Origin: an uncultured delta proteobacterium
GTDB lineage: Bacteria > Desulfobacterota > Binatia > HRBIN30 > BPIQ01
Direction of reading: 5' to 3'
Assembly (NCBI GenBank): GCA_963761335.1
Contig: CAVXGR010000016.1
Coordinates: 64,001 to 128,000 of the forward strand
Length of the DNA: 64,000 bases
The notes beneath the pieces are model-generated. The model saw only the letters and a list, made by a program, of their open reading frames with translations. It ran no database searches and was not told the origin of the DNA. Shown here piece by piece: positions 1 through 12,219 of the stretch. The translations under genes were made by a program, and so were the position numbers. Every line of letters begins with the position of its first letter. Position 1 is the first letter of the stretch.

Positions 1-1481
<1,481 letters not shown>

Positions 1482-1490
1482 GGCCGGCGC

Positions 1491-1907
1491 ATGGCGGGAT
1501 TCGATCGCGGTGACGGCGGGGCCATCTCGCAGATCAACGTCACTCCCCTGGTCGACGTCATGCTCGTGCTCCTGGTGATCTTCATGGTTACCGCTCCGAT
1601 CTTGCAGCAGGGCGTCACGGTCAATTTGCCCAAGGTGCGCAGCGCCGCGCTCAGCGGCGAGGAGGTGCAGCTCGTCGTCAATGTCGAGCGCGACGGCAAG
1701 GTGTCGCTGAACGACGTGCGCATGAAGCCCAAGGACCTGCGCGGCAAGCTGGCGGCCGTCCTCAAGGAGCGGCCCGACCGCCAGGTCTTTCTGCGCGCCG
1801 ATCAGGAGGCGCGCTACGGAGACGTGGTGGAGGCGATCGCCGCCATCAAGGAGGCCGGGGTCGAGAGACTCGGCATGGTGACGGAGCCGCCGACGGAAAA
1901 GCGGTGA
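1491..1907 (+). CDS. tolR: TolR
   Basis: INVTPLVDVMLVLLVIFMVTAP and RAD..ARYGDVV motifs. Confidence 0.93.
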   Translation: MAGFDRGDGGAISQINVTPLVDVMLVLLVIFMVTAPILQQGVTVNLPKVRSAALSGEEVQLVVNVERDGKVSLNDVRMKPKDLRGKLAAVLKERPDRQVFLRADQEARYGDVVEAIAAIKEAGVERLGMVTEPPTEKR

Positions 1908-3130
1908 AAGGCGACACCTCCTGGTCCAGCCAGTCGGATCGCGGCCTCGGCTGGATGGTGCTGGTCTCGGCGCTGGCGCACGGGCTGGTGATCGGCGCAC
2001 TGCTGGTGATGCCACACAGCTTCCTGCACCACCCGCCGGCGCTGCGCTCCTACACGGTCGACCTGGTCAGCCCCGATAAGATCGGCGGCACCAACCTGGT
2101 CCGCGGCACCGGCGGCAAGCCGGCGGCGCCGCCGCGCGCCGAGGCGCCCAAGCCACCACCCAAGGCCGAAGCGGAGCCGGCGAAGCCGCTGGAGGTCGCC
2201 AAGCTCGAGGAGAAGGCGGAGCGGGTTCCCCCGCCGAAGCCGCCGCCTGAAGACGAGAAAGGCGAGAAGGTGGCGCTGGCCAAGGCGACAGTGCCGCCGA
2301 CGCCCACTCCCGAGGCGACCACCGCGCCGACGGCGGAGCCCACCAAGGTGGTGGTCGCCGCGGCGCCGCCGACGGCGACCAGGACGGTGAAGGTGGTCGC
2401 CAAGGCGCCTCCGCCCACGGCGACGGAGAAGCCGAAGGCGGTGGCCAAGGCGGCACCGACAGCGACGGCGAAGCCGAAGAAGGTGGCCCACGCCGCCGAA
2501 GAGGCGAAGAAATCCGCGGCGCAGGAAGCCAAAAGGGCGAAGCCGGCAGAGAAGAAGGCGGAGAAGGCAAAAAAAGAGGAGCCCGCGGAGAAGACTGCGA
2601 GCGGCAAGGCGTCAAAGCCGTCCGAGGAGCGCAGTGCGGCGACCGAGGCCGCCTCCGAGGCGGCCCGCGACGCCCTGATCGCCAACGCCATCAAGCGCGT
2701 CGAGGAGCAAACCGGGCGGCCGAGCGACCGCGCCACCGGCGGCGGCGGCACGGCGAACAACCAGAGCGGCGGCAGCGGCGCCGGCGCCGGCGGCGGACCG
2801 CTCTCGGTCGGCCCGGGCGAAGGCGCCGGCGGCGAGCAGCGCAGCCCCGAGTTTGTGCTCTACTACGACCAGATGACCAAGAAGATCAAAGATCGGTGGA
2901 CGTGGGCGGGCGCCAATCGCCGATTGAAGTCGGTGGTCGGCTTTACGGTGCTGCCGACCGGCGAGATCGTCAACGTTCGCACCATTGCCTCCAGCGGTGA
3001 TCCCAGCTACGACCTGTCGGCGGAACGAGCCGTGCGCGGCGCCAATCCGTTGCCTCCCCCGCCCGCGGATTACGCCAGAGACTTCTCCCAAGTGGAGTAC
3101 ACCTTCGAACCGGAGGACGCACCAAAGTGA
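1904..3130 (+). CDS. tolA: TolA
   Basis: N-terminal TM with S-x3-H (SALAHG), long Pro/Ala/Lys/Thr linker, TonB_C-like C-terminus (SSGDPSYDLSAERAV..ANPLPPPP); lies between tolR and tolB. Confidence 0.88.
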   Translation: MKGDTSWSSQSDRGLGWMVLVSALAHGLVIGALLVMPHSFLHHPPALRSYTVDLVSPDKIGGTNLVRGTGGKPAAPPRAEAPKPPPKAEAEPAKPLEVAKLEEKAERVPPPKPPPEDEKGEKVALAKATVPPTPTPEATTAPTAEPTKVVVAAAPPTATRTVKVVAKAPPPTATEKPKAVAKAAPTATAKPKKVAHAAEEAKKSAAQEAKRAKPAEKKAEKAKKEEPAEKTASGKASKPSEERSAATEAASEAARDALIANAIKRVEEQTGRPSDRATGGGGTANNQSGGSGAGAGGGPLSVGPGEGAGGEQRSPEFVLYYDQMTKKIKDRWTWAGANRRLKSVVGFTVLPTGEIVNVRTIASSGDPSYDLSAERAVRGANPLPPPPADYARDFSQVEYTFEPEDAPK

Positions 3131-4443
3131 AACCCGCATTGCTCTGCAGCACACTTTCCCTGATGGTCGCTCTGGCGCTCGGTGCAGGGGCCGCGCAGGC
3201 GCAGATCAAGGGAACCATCGTCGGCCCCGGATCGCGCAGCTACCCGATCGCCGTCTCGCCGCTCAAGAAGCTCACCCCGGGCAGCGCCAACGACGTCTCG
3301 CAGCAGTTCGTCGACATCGTCGATCGCGACCTCGAGCTGACCGGAATGTTCCGCGTCATCGACCGCTCCGCATACATCGAGCCGCCGGATCAGTCCGGGA
3401 TCACCGCCGACGCCATCAATTTCGAGAACTGGTCGGTGATCGGGGCGCTGGCGCTGGTGAAGGGGGCCTACTCGGTGGAGGGGGACAAGGTCACCCTCGA
3501 GGCGCGGCTCTTCGACGTCTACCAGCGCCGGCAGCTCGCCGGACGGCGGTACTTCGGCACGGCGCAGGACGTCCGCCGCATGGCGCACAAGTTCGCCGAC
3601 GAGATCATGGCGTCGCTCACCGGCGAGCGCGGCCCCTTCGACTCGCGCATCGCCTTCGTGTCGACCCGCGGCGGCCGCTTCAAGGACATCTTCATCACCA
3701 GTCTGGACGGCGGCGACATGCTGCAGGTGACCCGCTCGCAGACGATCGCCCTGTCGCCCTCCTGGAGCCCGGACGTGCGCCAGCTGCTCTACACTTCCTA
3801 CCGCCGCGGCAACCCGGATCTCTACGTGCTCGACTTCGTCCGCGGTCGCGAGACGCAGCTCACCTCGCAGCACGGGCTGCACATCGGCGGCAAGTGGTCT
3901 CCCGACGGCTCGACGATCGCCGTCGCCGCCGAGGAGAACGGCAACTCGGACATCGTCCTGCTCGACAACCAGGGGCGCATGCTGAGCCGCCTGACCAACT
4001 ACTCCGGTATCGACGTGTCGCCGAGCTGGTCGCCCGACGGCCGGCAGATCGCCTTCTGCAGCGACCGAACCGGCGGGCCGCAGATCTTCATCATGAATCG
4101 CGACGGCAGCAATCCGCGCCGCATCAGCTTCGACGGCGGCTACAACACCTCGCCTGCCTGGTCGCCGAAGGGCGACCGCATCGCCTACACCAGCCGCACA
4201 CCCAGCGGCTTCAACATCATGACCGTGCGTACCGACGGCAGCGCCGTGCAGCAGGTCACCGCCAACTCCGGCAACAACGAGGACGCCTCGTGGTCGCCGG
4301 ACGGACGCTTTCTGGTCTTCAGCTCGACGCGCAAGGGCGCGCCGCGCCTCTACATTGCGAGTGCCGACGGCAGCAGCCAGGTCGCATTGACTGGTGGAGC
4401 AGGCGGTGATACTAGTCCCGCTTGGTCGCCTTGGATGGAGTAA
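3127..4443 (+). CDS. tolB: TolB beta-propeller protein
   Basis: Signal peptide, TolB_N region and repeated PD40 motifs (SPSWSPD, SPAWSPKG, WSPDG). Confidence 0.95.
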   Translation: MKPALLCSTLSLMVALALGAGAAQAQIKGTIVGPGSRSYPIAVSPLKKLTPGSANDVSQQFVDIVDRDLELTGMFRVIDRSAYIEPPDQSGITADAINFENWSVIGALALVKGAYSVEGDKVTLEARLFDVYQRRQLAGRRYFGTAQDVRRMAHKFADEIMASLTGERGPFDSRIAFVSTRGGRFKDIFITSLDGGDMLQVTRSQTIALSPSWSPDVRQLLYTSYRRGNPDLYVLDFVRGRETQLTSQHGLHIGGKWSPDGSTIAVAAEENGNSDIVLLDNQGRMLSRLTNYSGIDVSPSWSPDGRQIAFCSDRTGGPQIFIMNRDGSNPRRISFDGGYNTSPAWSPKGDRIAYTSRTPSGFNIMTVRTDGSAVQQVTANSGNNEDASWSPDGRFLVFSSTRKGAPRLYIASADGSSQVALTGGAGGDTSPAWSPWME

Positions 4444-4494
4444 CGCGCGACAATATCCCCAGGGCGCGTTATTGGAAGGGAGGGGGGTTCCCCG

Positions 4495-5016
4495 ATGCGT
4501 GTGCGGGTAGGTGGGTTGGCCATCTGTATTCTGATGTTGGCGGTTATTGTCCCCGGCTGTGCCGGCAAGAAGAAAGGTACCGCGGGCGGGCCGGGAAGTG
4601 GCCTGTCGGAAGAGGGACTGGCGTCCGGCGGTAGCTTGGATCAGTATCGCGCCGGCGGTACGCTGCCGACCGGCGAGGCCGGCGCCCTGCAGGACGTGAT
4701 GTTCGCCTTCGACTCCTACGATCTCGACGAGCAGGCACGCCAGACGCTGCGCGACGACGCCGCCTGGCTCAAGGACAATGCCGGCGTGCGCGTGGAGATC
4801 GAAGGGCACTGCGACGAGCGCGGTACGGTCGAGTACAATCTGGCGCTCGGGGCCAACCGTGCCCGCGTCGCCAAGGACTACCTGGCCACGCTCGGCGTCA
4901 CCGGTGATCGCATGAGCACCATCAGCTACGGCGAGGAGCTGCCGCTCTGTCACGAGCACACCGAGTCCTGCTGGGCGGAGAACCGGCGGGTCCACTTCGT
5001 ACAGCTGCGCGACTGA
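4495..5016 (+). CDS. pal: Peptidoglycan-associated lipoprotein Pal
   Basis: Lipobox VPGC; OmpA-C motif IEGHCDERGTVEYNLALGANRA; SYGEE..NRR. Confidence 0.95.
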   Translation: MRVRVGGLAICILMLAVIVPGCAGKKKGTAGGPGSGLSEEGLASGGSLDQYRAGGTLPTGEAGALQDVMFAFDSYDLDEQARQTLRDDAAWLKDNAGVRVEIEGHCDERGTVEYNLALGANRARVAKDYLATLGVTGDRMSTISYGEELPLCHEHTESCWAENRRVHFVQLRD

Positions 5017-5053
5017 GGAGAAGCCGGGGTAGCGCCGCGGGCCGCGGGAGAGA

Positions 5054-5917
5054 GTGGAAGTGCTGCAGAGAACCAGGAGAGGCGTCCTTGCCTCCGCGCC
5101 GCCCGCTTGTCGCGCCACCCCACGCCGCGTCTGGCTGAGCTCCGGCATCGCCTTGGCGGCACTGGCGCTGTGCGCCGGCTGCGCCACCCAGGCGGAGCTG
5201 CGCACCGTGCGCAACGAGGAGCGCGAGATCCGCGCCCTGTTGGCGGATACGCAGGCGACGGTCGACACGCTCAAGCGCCAGGTGGAGAGCCTCCGCTCGC
5301 AGGCCGAGAGCCGCCGCGGCTCGCAGGCGATGGCGTCTCCGGAGGTGGATCGGCGCCTGGCGGAGCTCGAGGCGCGCATCGCCTTCCTGGAACAGGGGCG
5401 CACGCCGCCGCCGTCCACCGCTCCGTCGCCGGCGCCGCTGGGCGAGATGGGGATGATGCCGACGCCGACGGCCACGGTGTCGGAGACCGGGGACGTGACC
5501 CTGGCGCGCGAGGAGGCGGCGCTGCAGACGGCGGCGGTCGAGCCGACCTTTCGCGACGCCTTCCAGCTCATGCGGCGCGGCGACTACGACAAGGCCATCC
5601 CGCAGTTTCGCGAGTTTCTCTATCGCAACCCGAAGTCGGACTATGCCGACAACGCCCAGTACTGGATCGGCTACAGCTATTATCAACAGAAGGATTACAA
5701 CCGCTCCATCCTGGCGCTGAACGACGTGCTGTCGAAGTACTCGAAGAGCGAGAAGATCCCGGCGACCTTGCTGCTGCAGGCCTCCGCCTTTGCGGCGCTC
5801 GGCGACCACGTGAGCAAGGTCGACGCGCGGCTGATCCTGCAGAAGCTGGTGAGCGAATATCCGAACTCGGAAGAGGCGGAGCGGGCGCGGCAGAAGCTGA
5901 AGACGCTGGGCGATTGA
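5054..5917 (+). CDS. cpoB: CpoB/YbgF tol-pal TPR protein; start uncertain
   Basis: Lipobox-like CAGC, coiled coil, TPR motif YADNAQYWIGYSYY; follows pal. Confidence 0.88.
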   Translation: MEVLQRTRRGVLASAPPACRATPRRVWLSSGIALAALALCAGCATQAELRTVRNEEREIRALLADTQATVDTLKRQVESLRSQAESRRGSQAMASPEVDRRLAELEARIAFLEQGRTPPPSTAPSPAPLGEMGMMPTPTATVSETGDVTLAREEAALQTAAVEPTFRDAFQLMRRGDYDKAIPQFREFLYRNPKSDYADNAQYWIGYSYYQQKDYNRSILALNDVLSKYSKSEKIPATLLLQASAFAALGDHVSKVDARLILQKLVSEYPNSEEAERARQKLKTLGD

Positions 5918-5954
5918 GGTCGGCCCCGCGTCTGCCGGCAGGAGCTGCCGCCCC

Positions 5955-6878
5955 ATGAAGCTCATCTGCGGTCTCGATCGCGTCCGCGAGGGGCCGCGCC
6001 GCGTCGTCACCCTGGGTAACTTCGACGGCGTGCACCTGGCGCATCAGGAAATCTGCCGGCGGGTGGTCGAGCGCGCCGCTGAGCGCGGGGTTGAATCGGC
6101 GGCGATCACGTTCCATCCGCATCCCGCGTCGGTGCTGGCGCCGGCGCGGGCCCCGCAGCTGATTCTGCCGCTGTCGGCGCGGCTGCGGTTTCTCGGCGAG
6201 ACTGGCGTCGGCGCGGTGATCGTGCAGCGGTTCAACCGCCGATTCTCGCAGATGGAGGCCGAGCACTTCGTGCGCGGCGAGCTGGTGGAGCGGCTCGGCG
6301 CCGTGCACGTGGTGGTCGGACACAGCGTGCGCTTCGGCCGCGCCCGCGGTGGCGACGACGTGCTGCTGCAGCGCCTCGGGGCGGCGCTGGGGTTCTCCGT
6401 CGAGATCGTCGGCCCGGTGACCGTCGGTGGTACGGTGGTGAGCAGCAGCGAGATCCGCCGCGCCATCACCGCCGGTGAGGTGCGGCGCGCCGCGACGCTT
6501 CTCGGACGCCCGCACTTCGTGCGCGGCCGGGTGGTCCACGGGCGACACCGCGGCGCCAGCCTCGGCTTTCCGACCGCCAACCTGCGCCTCCGCGACGGCG
6601 TGCTGCCGCCGGACGGCGTCTACGCGGCGCGCGTCGAGCGCCACGGCCAGGAGATCGACGGGGTCGCCAATCTCGGCAACAATCCCACCTTCGGCGATCG
6701 CGAGCGCAGCCTCGAGGTGCACCTCCTCGACTTCCGCGGCGACCTCTATGGGGAGCGCCTGCGACTGTCATTCATCGAGCGCCTGCGCGGTGAGGTGAAG
6801 TTCTCCGGCGTGCAGAGCCTGGTCGAGCAAATCGGCCGCGACGTGGAGGCCGCGCGCGCCGCCCTGGCGGTGCGGTGA
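5955..6878 (+). CDS. ribF: Bifunctional riboflavin kinase/FAD synthetase
   Basis: GNFDGVHLAHQ, SSSEIR, LGFPTANL, LEVHLLDF motifs. Confidence 0.95.
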   Translation: MKLICGLDRVREGPRRVVTLGNFDGVHLAHQEICRRVVERAAERGVESAAITFHPHPASVLAPARAPQLILPLSARLRFLGETGVGAVIVQRFNRRFSQMEAEHFVRGELVERLGAVHVVVGHSVRFGRARGGDDVLLQRLGAALGFSVEIVGPVTVGGTVVSSSEIRRAITAGEVRRAATLLGRPHFVRGRVVHGRHRGASLGFPTANLRLRDGVLPPDGVYAARVERHGQEIDGVANLGNNPTFGDRERSLEVHLLDFRGDLYGERLRLSFIERLRGEVKFSGVQSLVEQIGRDVEAARAALAVR

Positions 6879-7852
6879 GCGGCGCCCGCGCCGTCGCCTC
6901 GATTGCGGTTGCGTCCGCGCGGGGGCGGCTCGACCGCTTTCTCGCGGCGCGCGGCGACTGGGGGAGTCGTTCGCAGATCCAGCACCGCATCGAGCGCGGC
7001 GAGATCTCGGTCAATGGCAAGGCGGCGAAACCCGGCACCGTGCTGCGCCGCGGCGACGTGGTGCGCATCACTCTCTGCGCCGCGGCGCCGCCGGACGAGA
7101 TCGAGGCCGCCGACATCCCCCTCGAGGTGCTTTACGAGGACGAGGACCTGCTGGCGATCAACAAGCCCCCCGGCATGGTGGTCCATCCGGCGCCCGGGCA
7201 CCGGCAGGACACCCTGGTCAGCGCCCTCTTGCACCGCTGGCAGGGGCCGCGCCCGGGCCTCGACGAGCGGCGCCCCGGAATCGTGCACCGCCTCGATCGC
7301 GACACCTCCGGCGTTCTGTTGATCGGCAAGACGGCGGAGACGGTGACCCGACTGGCGTCGCAGTTCCGTTCGCGCAGCGTGCGCAAGGAGTACCTCGCCG
7401 TCGTCTGGCGCTGCCCGCGGCCGCCGTCGGGAGTCGTCGACCGGCCCATCGGTCGTCATCCGACGCAGCGCAAGCGCATGACCGTGCGCGCCGGCGGCCG
7501 CCCGGCATTGACGCGCTACAAGGTGGTGGAGGACTACGGCGACGCCGCCGTGCTCCGGGTACTTCCCGAGAGCGGACGCACCCACCAGATCCGCGTTCAC
7601 CTGGCCGCCATCGGCCATGCGGTGGTCGGCGATCCCCTCTACGGGCGGCGTCCGGCGGGCGCCGACGCGGTGCTCGCCGCCTTCCCGCGGCAGGCGCTGC
7701 ATGCCGCAGCCATCTCCTTTCGCCACCCGCGCAGCGCCGCACCGATCTCCCTGGAGGCGTGTCCGCCGGACGATTTGCAGAGGCTTCTGGCGTACTTGCG
7801 AGATCGCGGTGCGCGTCGACGGCGGGCGCCCGAAGGCGGCGAGATTGCTTGA
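6875..7852 (+). CDS. RluA/RluD-family pseudouridine synthase
   Basis: S4-like N-terminus; NKPPGMVVHP, VHRLDRDTSG, GRTHQIRVH, GDPLYG. Confidence 0.93.
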   Translation: MSGARAVASIAVASARGRLDRFLAARGDWGSRSQIQHRIERGEISVNGKAAKPGTVLRRGDVVRITLCAAAPPDEIEAADIPLEVLYEDEDLLAINKPPGMVVHPAPGHRQDTLVSALLHRWQGPRPGLDERRPGIVHRLDRDTSGVLLIGKTAETVTRLASQFRSRSVRKEYLAVVWRCPRPPSGVVDRPIGRHPTQRKRMTVRAGGRPALTRYKVVEDYGDAAVLRVLPESGRTHQIRVHLAAIGHAVVGDPLYGRRPAGADAVLAAFPRQALHAAAISFRHPRSAAPISLEACPPDDLQRLLAYLRDRGARRRRAPEGGEIA

Positions 7853-7877
7853 CAAGGTGGGGTGCTTTCAGTAGCGT
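7849..7877 (+). promoter_or_regulatory. Sigma70-type promoter of rho
   Basis: TTGACA (7849-7854, overlapping the upstream stop codon), 17 nt, TAGCGT (7872-7877). Confidence 0.65.
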
Positions 7878-8077
7878 CCGACGCATAGCTACTCGCCTGG
7901 GACTTCAGATCGGCTCGCCCTGGAAGGTGGGCGCCCACGCCGAGAATCCAAGCGACAACACAATCCAGCATTGATCGAGATGTGCCGATGGCCGAGAAGC
8001 AGTCGGTAGTGAATATCCGAGGGGAACGCCGCGCGCGCTCGGCTCGTGCGGACGGGGAGGAGCGGCAGGAGGGTCCA

Positions 8078-9412
8078 ATGGTTCGCACTCGCAGCAAGAC
8101 CGAGGCGGAGACGGAGCTGCCGCCAGTGCCGCCTCCGGAGCAATCGGAGCCGCGCGAGACAGGTCTCAATCTCAAGGTCCTCAAGGAGAAGAAGATCAGC
8201 GAGCTCGCCGCGATCGCCATGCAGTTCAACATCGAAGGCGTGTCGAACATGCGCAAGCAGGAGCTCATCTTCGCGATTCTCGGCGCGCAGACGGAGCAGA
8301 GCGGTTTCGTCTACGGCGAGGGAGTGCTGGAGATCCTTCCCGACGGCTTCGGCTTCCTGCGCGCCCCGGACTACAACTACCTGCCGGGACCCGACGACAT
8401 CTACATCTCGCCGAGCCAGATCCGCCGTTTCAACCTGCGCACCGGCGACGTGGTCGCCGGGCAGATCCGCCCTCCGAAGGAGGGAGAGCGCTACTTCGCG
8501 CTGCTCAAGGTCGAGGGAATCAACTACGAGGAGCCGGAGCGGGCGCGGGAGAAGATCCTCTTCGACAACCTCACGCCGCTCTACCCGAACGAGCAGCTCC
8601 GCCTCGAGCACGACCCCGAGGAGTACACGACGCGGCTCATCGACCTCTTCACCCCGATCGGCAAGGGCACGCGCGGTCTGATCGTGGCGCCGCCGCGGAC
8701 CGGCAAGACGATGATGCTGCAGAACATCGCCAACGGCATCACCCGCAATCACAAGGAGGTGGTGCTCATCGTCCTGCTGATCGACGAGCGCCCCGAGGAG
8801 GTCACCGACATGCAGCGCTCGGTGGAAGGCGAGGTGGTCAGCTCGACCTTCGACGAGCCGGCGACGCGCCACGTCCAGGTGGCCGAGATGGTGATCGAGA
8901 AAGCCAAGCGCCTGGTGGAGCACGGCCGCGACGTGGTCATCCTGCTCGACTCGATCACTCGCCTGGCGCGCGCCTACAACACCGTGGTGCCGCCTTCGGG
9001 CAAGATCCTCTCCGGCGGGGTGGACTCCAACGCGCTGCACAAGCCCAAGAAGTTTCTCGGCGCCGCCCGCAACATCGAGGACGGCGGCAGCCTGACGATC
9101 ATGGGAACGGCGTTGATCGACACGGGCAGCCGCATGGACGAGGTCATCTTCGAGGAGTTCAAGGCCACCGGCAACATGGAGATCCACCTCGACCGGCGCC
9201 TGGTCGACAAGCGCATCTTTCCGGCCATCGACATCAATCGCTCCGGAACCCGCAAGGAGGAGCTGCTGCTCGGCAGCGAGGTGATCAGCCGGGTGTGGAT
9301 CCTCCGCAAGCTGCTGGCGCAGCTCAACCCGGTGGAGGCAATGGAGTTCGTCGTCGACAAGATCGAGGGCACCAAGGACAACCACGAGTTCCTCGAATCC
9401 ATGAACCAGTGA
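8078..9412 (+). CDS. rho: Transcription termination factor Rho (ATG 8078 has a GGAGG SD; alternative start 7988)
   Basis: [55 protein letters not shown]. Confidence 0.97.
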   Translation: MVRTRSKTEAETELPPVPPPEQSEPRETGLNLKVLKEKKISELAAIAMQFNIEGVSNMRKQELIFAILGAQTEQSGFVYGEGVLEILPDGFGFLRAPDYNYLPGPDDIYISPSQIRRFNLRTGDVVAGQIRPPKEGERYFALLKVEGINYEEPERAREKILFDNLTPLYPNEQLRLEHDPEEYTTRLIDLFTPIGKGTRGLIVAPPRTGKTMMLQNIANGITRNHKEVVLIVLLIDERPEEVTDMQRSVEGEVVSSTFDEPATRHVQVAEMVIEKAKRLVEHGRDVVILLDSITRLARAYNTVVPPSGKILSGGVDSNALHKPKKFLGAARNIEDGGSLTIMGTALIDTGSRMDEVIFEEFKATGNMEIHLDRRLVDKRIFPAIDINRSGTRKEELLLGSEVISRVWILRKLLAQLNPVEAMEFVVDKIEGTKDNHEFLESMNQ

Positions 9413-9474
9413 GGCCAGCTGGTCAGAGGGAGCCGTTTCTGCTAAAGGACTAGGATTTGAGATTGGGAGAACGC

Positions 9475-10293
9475 ATGGCGGAAATCAGTATGAAGCAGCT
9501 GCTGGAAGCGGGAGTCCATTTCGGTCACCAGACGAGCCGGTGGAACCCCAAGATGAAGCCGTACATCTTCGGTGCGCGCAACGGCATCTACATCATCGAC
9601 CTGCAGCAGACGGTGAAAATGTTCCAGGCGTCGTACGCCTTCGTTCGCGAGCTGGCGGCGCGGGGCGGCACGCTGTTGATGGTGGGCACCAAGAAGCAGG
9701 CGCAGGACGCCATCCGCGAGGAGGCGGAGCGCTGCGGCATGTTCTACGTGAACAACCGCTGGCTGGGTGGCACGCTCACCAATTTTCAGACGATCAAGCA
9801 GAGCATCGACCGGCTGAAGAAGCTGGAAGAGATGCTCGAGGATCCGGCCATGAAGGAGGTCCTGAAGAAGAAGGAGCTCCTCGGCCTGAGCCGCGAGCGC
9901 GACCGCCTGCTCACCGCCCTGGGCGGCATCAAGGCATTGCGCAAGCTTCCCGACGCCATGTTCGTGATCGACCCCAAGAAGGAGGAGATCGCCGTTCGCG
10001 AGGCCAACAAGCTGCGCATCCCGGTGGTGGGCGTGGTCGACACCAACTGCGACCCCGATGTCATCGACCACAAGATCCCCGGCAACGACGACGCCATCCG
10101 CGCCATTCGCCTGTTCAGCGCTGCCATGGCCGACGCCGTTCTCGAAGGCCGCGCCCTCTACGAGGAGAAGCAGAAGGCCGGCATGGAAGAGCAGGAGCCC
10201 AGCCCGGCAGCGGCCCCGGCCCCGGCCCCGGCTTCGGCCCCGGAGGCAGAGCCGTCGGAGCCATCGGTGCCCTCGGCGGTGGAGGGCGCATGA
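9475..10293 (+). CDS. rpsB: 30S ribosomal protein S2
   Basis: [31 protein letters not shown]. Confidence 0.98.
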   Translation: MAEISMKQLLEAGVHFGHQTSRWNPKMKPYIFGARNGIYIIDLQQTVKMFQASYAFVRELAARGGTLLMVGTKKQAQDAIREEAERCGMFYVNNRWLGGTLTNFQTIKQSIDRLKKLEEMLEDPAMKEVLKKKELLGLSRERDRLLTALGGIKALRKLPDAMFVIDPKKEEIAVREANKLRIPVVGVVDTNCDPDVIDHKIPGNDDAIRAIRLFSAAMADAVLEGRALYEEKQKAGMEEQEPSPAAAPAPAPASAPEAEPSEPSVPSAVEGA

Positions 10294-10904
10294 GCCAGGT
10301 CGGTCCCGAGGCGGTCCGCGAGCTGCGCGACAAGACGGGCGCCGGCATCATGGACTGCAAGAAGGCGCTGTCGGAGAGCTCTGGAGATCTCGAGAAGGCG
10401 GTCGTCCTCCTGCGCGAGCGCGGCTTGGCGGCTGCCGCCAAGAAGTCGGCGCGCGCCGCGGCCGAGGGGTTGGTGGGGACCTATGTCCACGGCGGCGGCA
10501 AGATCGGCGTGCTCATCGAGGTGAACTGCGAGACCGACTTCGTGGCCCGCACCCCCGACTTCCAGTCGGTGGTCAAGGACCTGGCCATGCAGGTGGCGGC
10601 GGCGAGCCCGGGGTACGTCCGCCGCGAAGAGGTGCCCGACGAGATCAAGTCGAGAGAGCTCGAGATCTACCGGGTGCAGGCGCGGCAGTCCGGCAAGCCG
10701 GAGCCGGTGATCGAGAAGATCATCGCCGGCAAGCTGGAGAAGTTCTTCGCCGAGACCTGCCTGCTCGAGCAGCCGTTCATCAAGGATCCGGAGCGCAGCG
10801 TCGGCCAGCTGGTGACCGATACGGTGGCGCGGCTCGGGGAAAACATCATCGTGCGGCGTTTTGCCCGCTTTCAGGTCGGCGAGCAGGGCGACCCGGAGTC
10901 CTGA
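10290..10904 (+). CDS. tsf: Elongation factor Ts, short form (204 aa)
   Basis: [19 protein letters not shown] and [10 protein letters not shown]; the ATG overlaps the rpsB stop. Confidence 0.96.
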   Translation: MSQVGPEAVRELRDKTGAGIMDCKKALSESSGDLEKAVVLLRERGLAAAAKKSARAAAEGLVGTYVHGGGKIGVLIEVNCETDFVARTPDFQSVVKDLAMQVAAASPGYVRREEVPDEIKSRELEIYRVQARQSGKPEPVIEKIIAGKLEKFFAETCLLEQPFIKDPERSVGQLVTDTVARLGENIIVRRFARFQVGEQGDPES

Positions 10905-10936
10905 GCGGCGTCGGCGCGGCGTATCGAGGGACTTCG

Positions 10937-11665
10937 GTGGCCCAGCCTACGCTGCATTACAAGCGCGTCCTCCTCAAGCTCAGCGGCGAAGCCCTGATGG
11001 GCGAGGCGCCGTACGGCATCAACGCCGAGACCGTCAACCGCATCGCCACCGAGCTCAAGGAGGTCCGCGATCTCGGCTGTGAGCTGGCCATCGTCATCGG
11101 CGGCGGCAACATCTTCCGCGGCATGGCGGGCACGGCTGCGGGCATGGATCGAGCCACCGCCGACTATGCCGGCATGCTGGCCACCCTGATCAACGCCCTG
11201 GCCCTGCAGGATGCGCTCGAGAAGCAGTCGGTGATCACCCGGGTCATGTCGGCCATCGGCATGCAGCAGGTCGCCGAGCCCTACATTCGCCGGCGCGCCA
11301 CCCGCCACCTGGAGAAGGGACGGGTGGTGATCTTCGCCGCCGGCACCGGCAACCCGTACTTCACCACCGACACGGCGGCCAGCCTGCGGGCTGCGGAGAT
11401 CAGCGCCGAGGTCATCCTCAAGGCGACCCAGGTCGACGGCATCTACGACGCCGATCCCAAGACCCACCCCGGGGCAAAGCGCTACAGCCAGCTGACCTAC
11501 ATCGAGTTTCTCAACAAGGAGCTCAAGGTGATGGATGCGACCGCCATCTCCCTGAGCATGGACAACCACCTGCCGATCGTCGTCTTCGACCTGTCGAAGC
11601 GTGGAAACATCATGAAGGTGGTGTGCGGCGAGAACATCGGCACCGTGGTGCGGGGTGCATCATGA
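10937..11665 (+). CDS. pyrH: UMP kinase
   Basis: [37 protein letters not shown] start inferred. Confidence 0.96.
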   Translation: MAQPTLHYKRVLLKLSGEALMGEAPYGINAETVNRIATELKEVRDLGCELAIVIGGGNIFRGMAGTAAGMDRATADYAGMLATLINALALQDALEKQSVITRVMSAIGMQQVAEPYIRRRATRHLEKGRVVIFAAGTGNPYFTTDTAASLRAAEISAEVILKATQVDGIYDADPKTHPGAKRYSQLTYIEFLNKELKVMDATAISLSMDNHLPIVVFDLSKRGNIMKVVCGENIGTVVRGAS

Positions 11666-12219
11666 CCGAAGAGGTGATTGCCGATCTGAAGCGCGAGATG
11701 GAACAGACCGTCGCGGCCCTGCGTCGCGATCTGGCGCGCACCCGCACCGGGCGCGCCTCGACCGGGCTGCTCGAGGGCATCACCGTCGAGTACTACGGCA
11801 GCAAGACGCCCCTCAATCAGCTCGCCGGCATGTCGGTGCCGGAGGCGCGCCTGATCGTGCTCCAGCCCTTCGACAAGAGCGCCATCGGCAACATCGAGCG
11901 CGCCATCCTGCAGTCGGATCTGGGCCTGGTACCGGTGAACGACGGCAAGCTCATCCGCCTCCCCATCCCGGAGCTCACCGAGGAGCGGCGCCGCGATCTG
12001 GTGAAGCACGTGCGCAAGGTGGCCGAGGACTATCGCGTCTCGGTGCGCAATCACCGCCGCGATGCCATCGATCTGCTCAAGGAGTCCGAGAAGGAGAAGG
12101 CGATCACCGAGGACGAGCTGCGGCGCGCCCACGATCGCGTCGAGGAGCTGACCAAGGACTTCATCGCCAAGGTTGACAAGGCGGTGAAGACCAAGGAAGA
12201 CGAGATCATGGAGGTGTGA
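11662..12219 (+). CDS. frr: Ribosome recycling factor
   Basis: [31 protein letters not shown]. Confidence 0.97.
   Translation: MTEEVIADLKREMEQTVAALRRDLARTRTGRASTGLLEGITVEYYGSKTPLNQLAGMSVPEARLIVLQPFDKSAIGNIERAILQSDLGLVPVNDGKLIRLPIPELTEERRRDLVKHVRKVAEDYRVSVRNHRRDAIDLLKESEKEKAITEDELRRAHDRVEELTKDFIAKVDKAVKTKEDEIMEV

Noticed and set aside
2120..2840. Repetitive sequence in tolA (PPTAT..K.VAKA units, Gly runs)
   Set aside because: Ordinary low-complexity TolA linker, not a DNA repeat element.
9540..11665. Long N-terminal extensions on tsf (454 aa) and pyrH (535 aa) in the ORF track; likewise 21131, 38645-40765, 50473, 52949 and 53746
   Set aside because: These are stop-free upstream frames overlapping the preceding gene. 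Homology begins at the internal starts I report.
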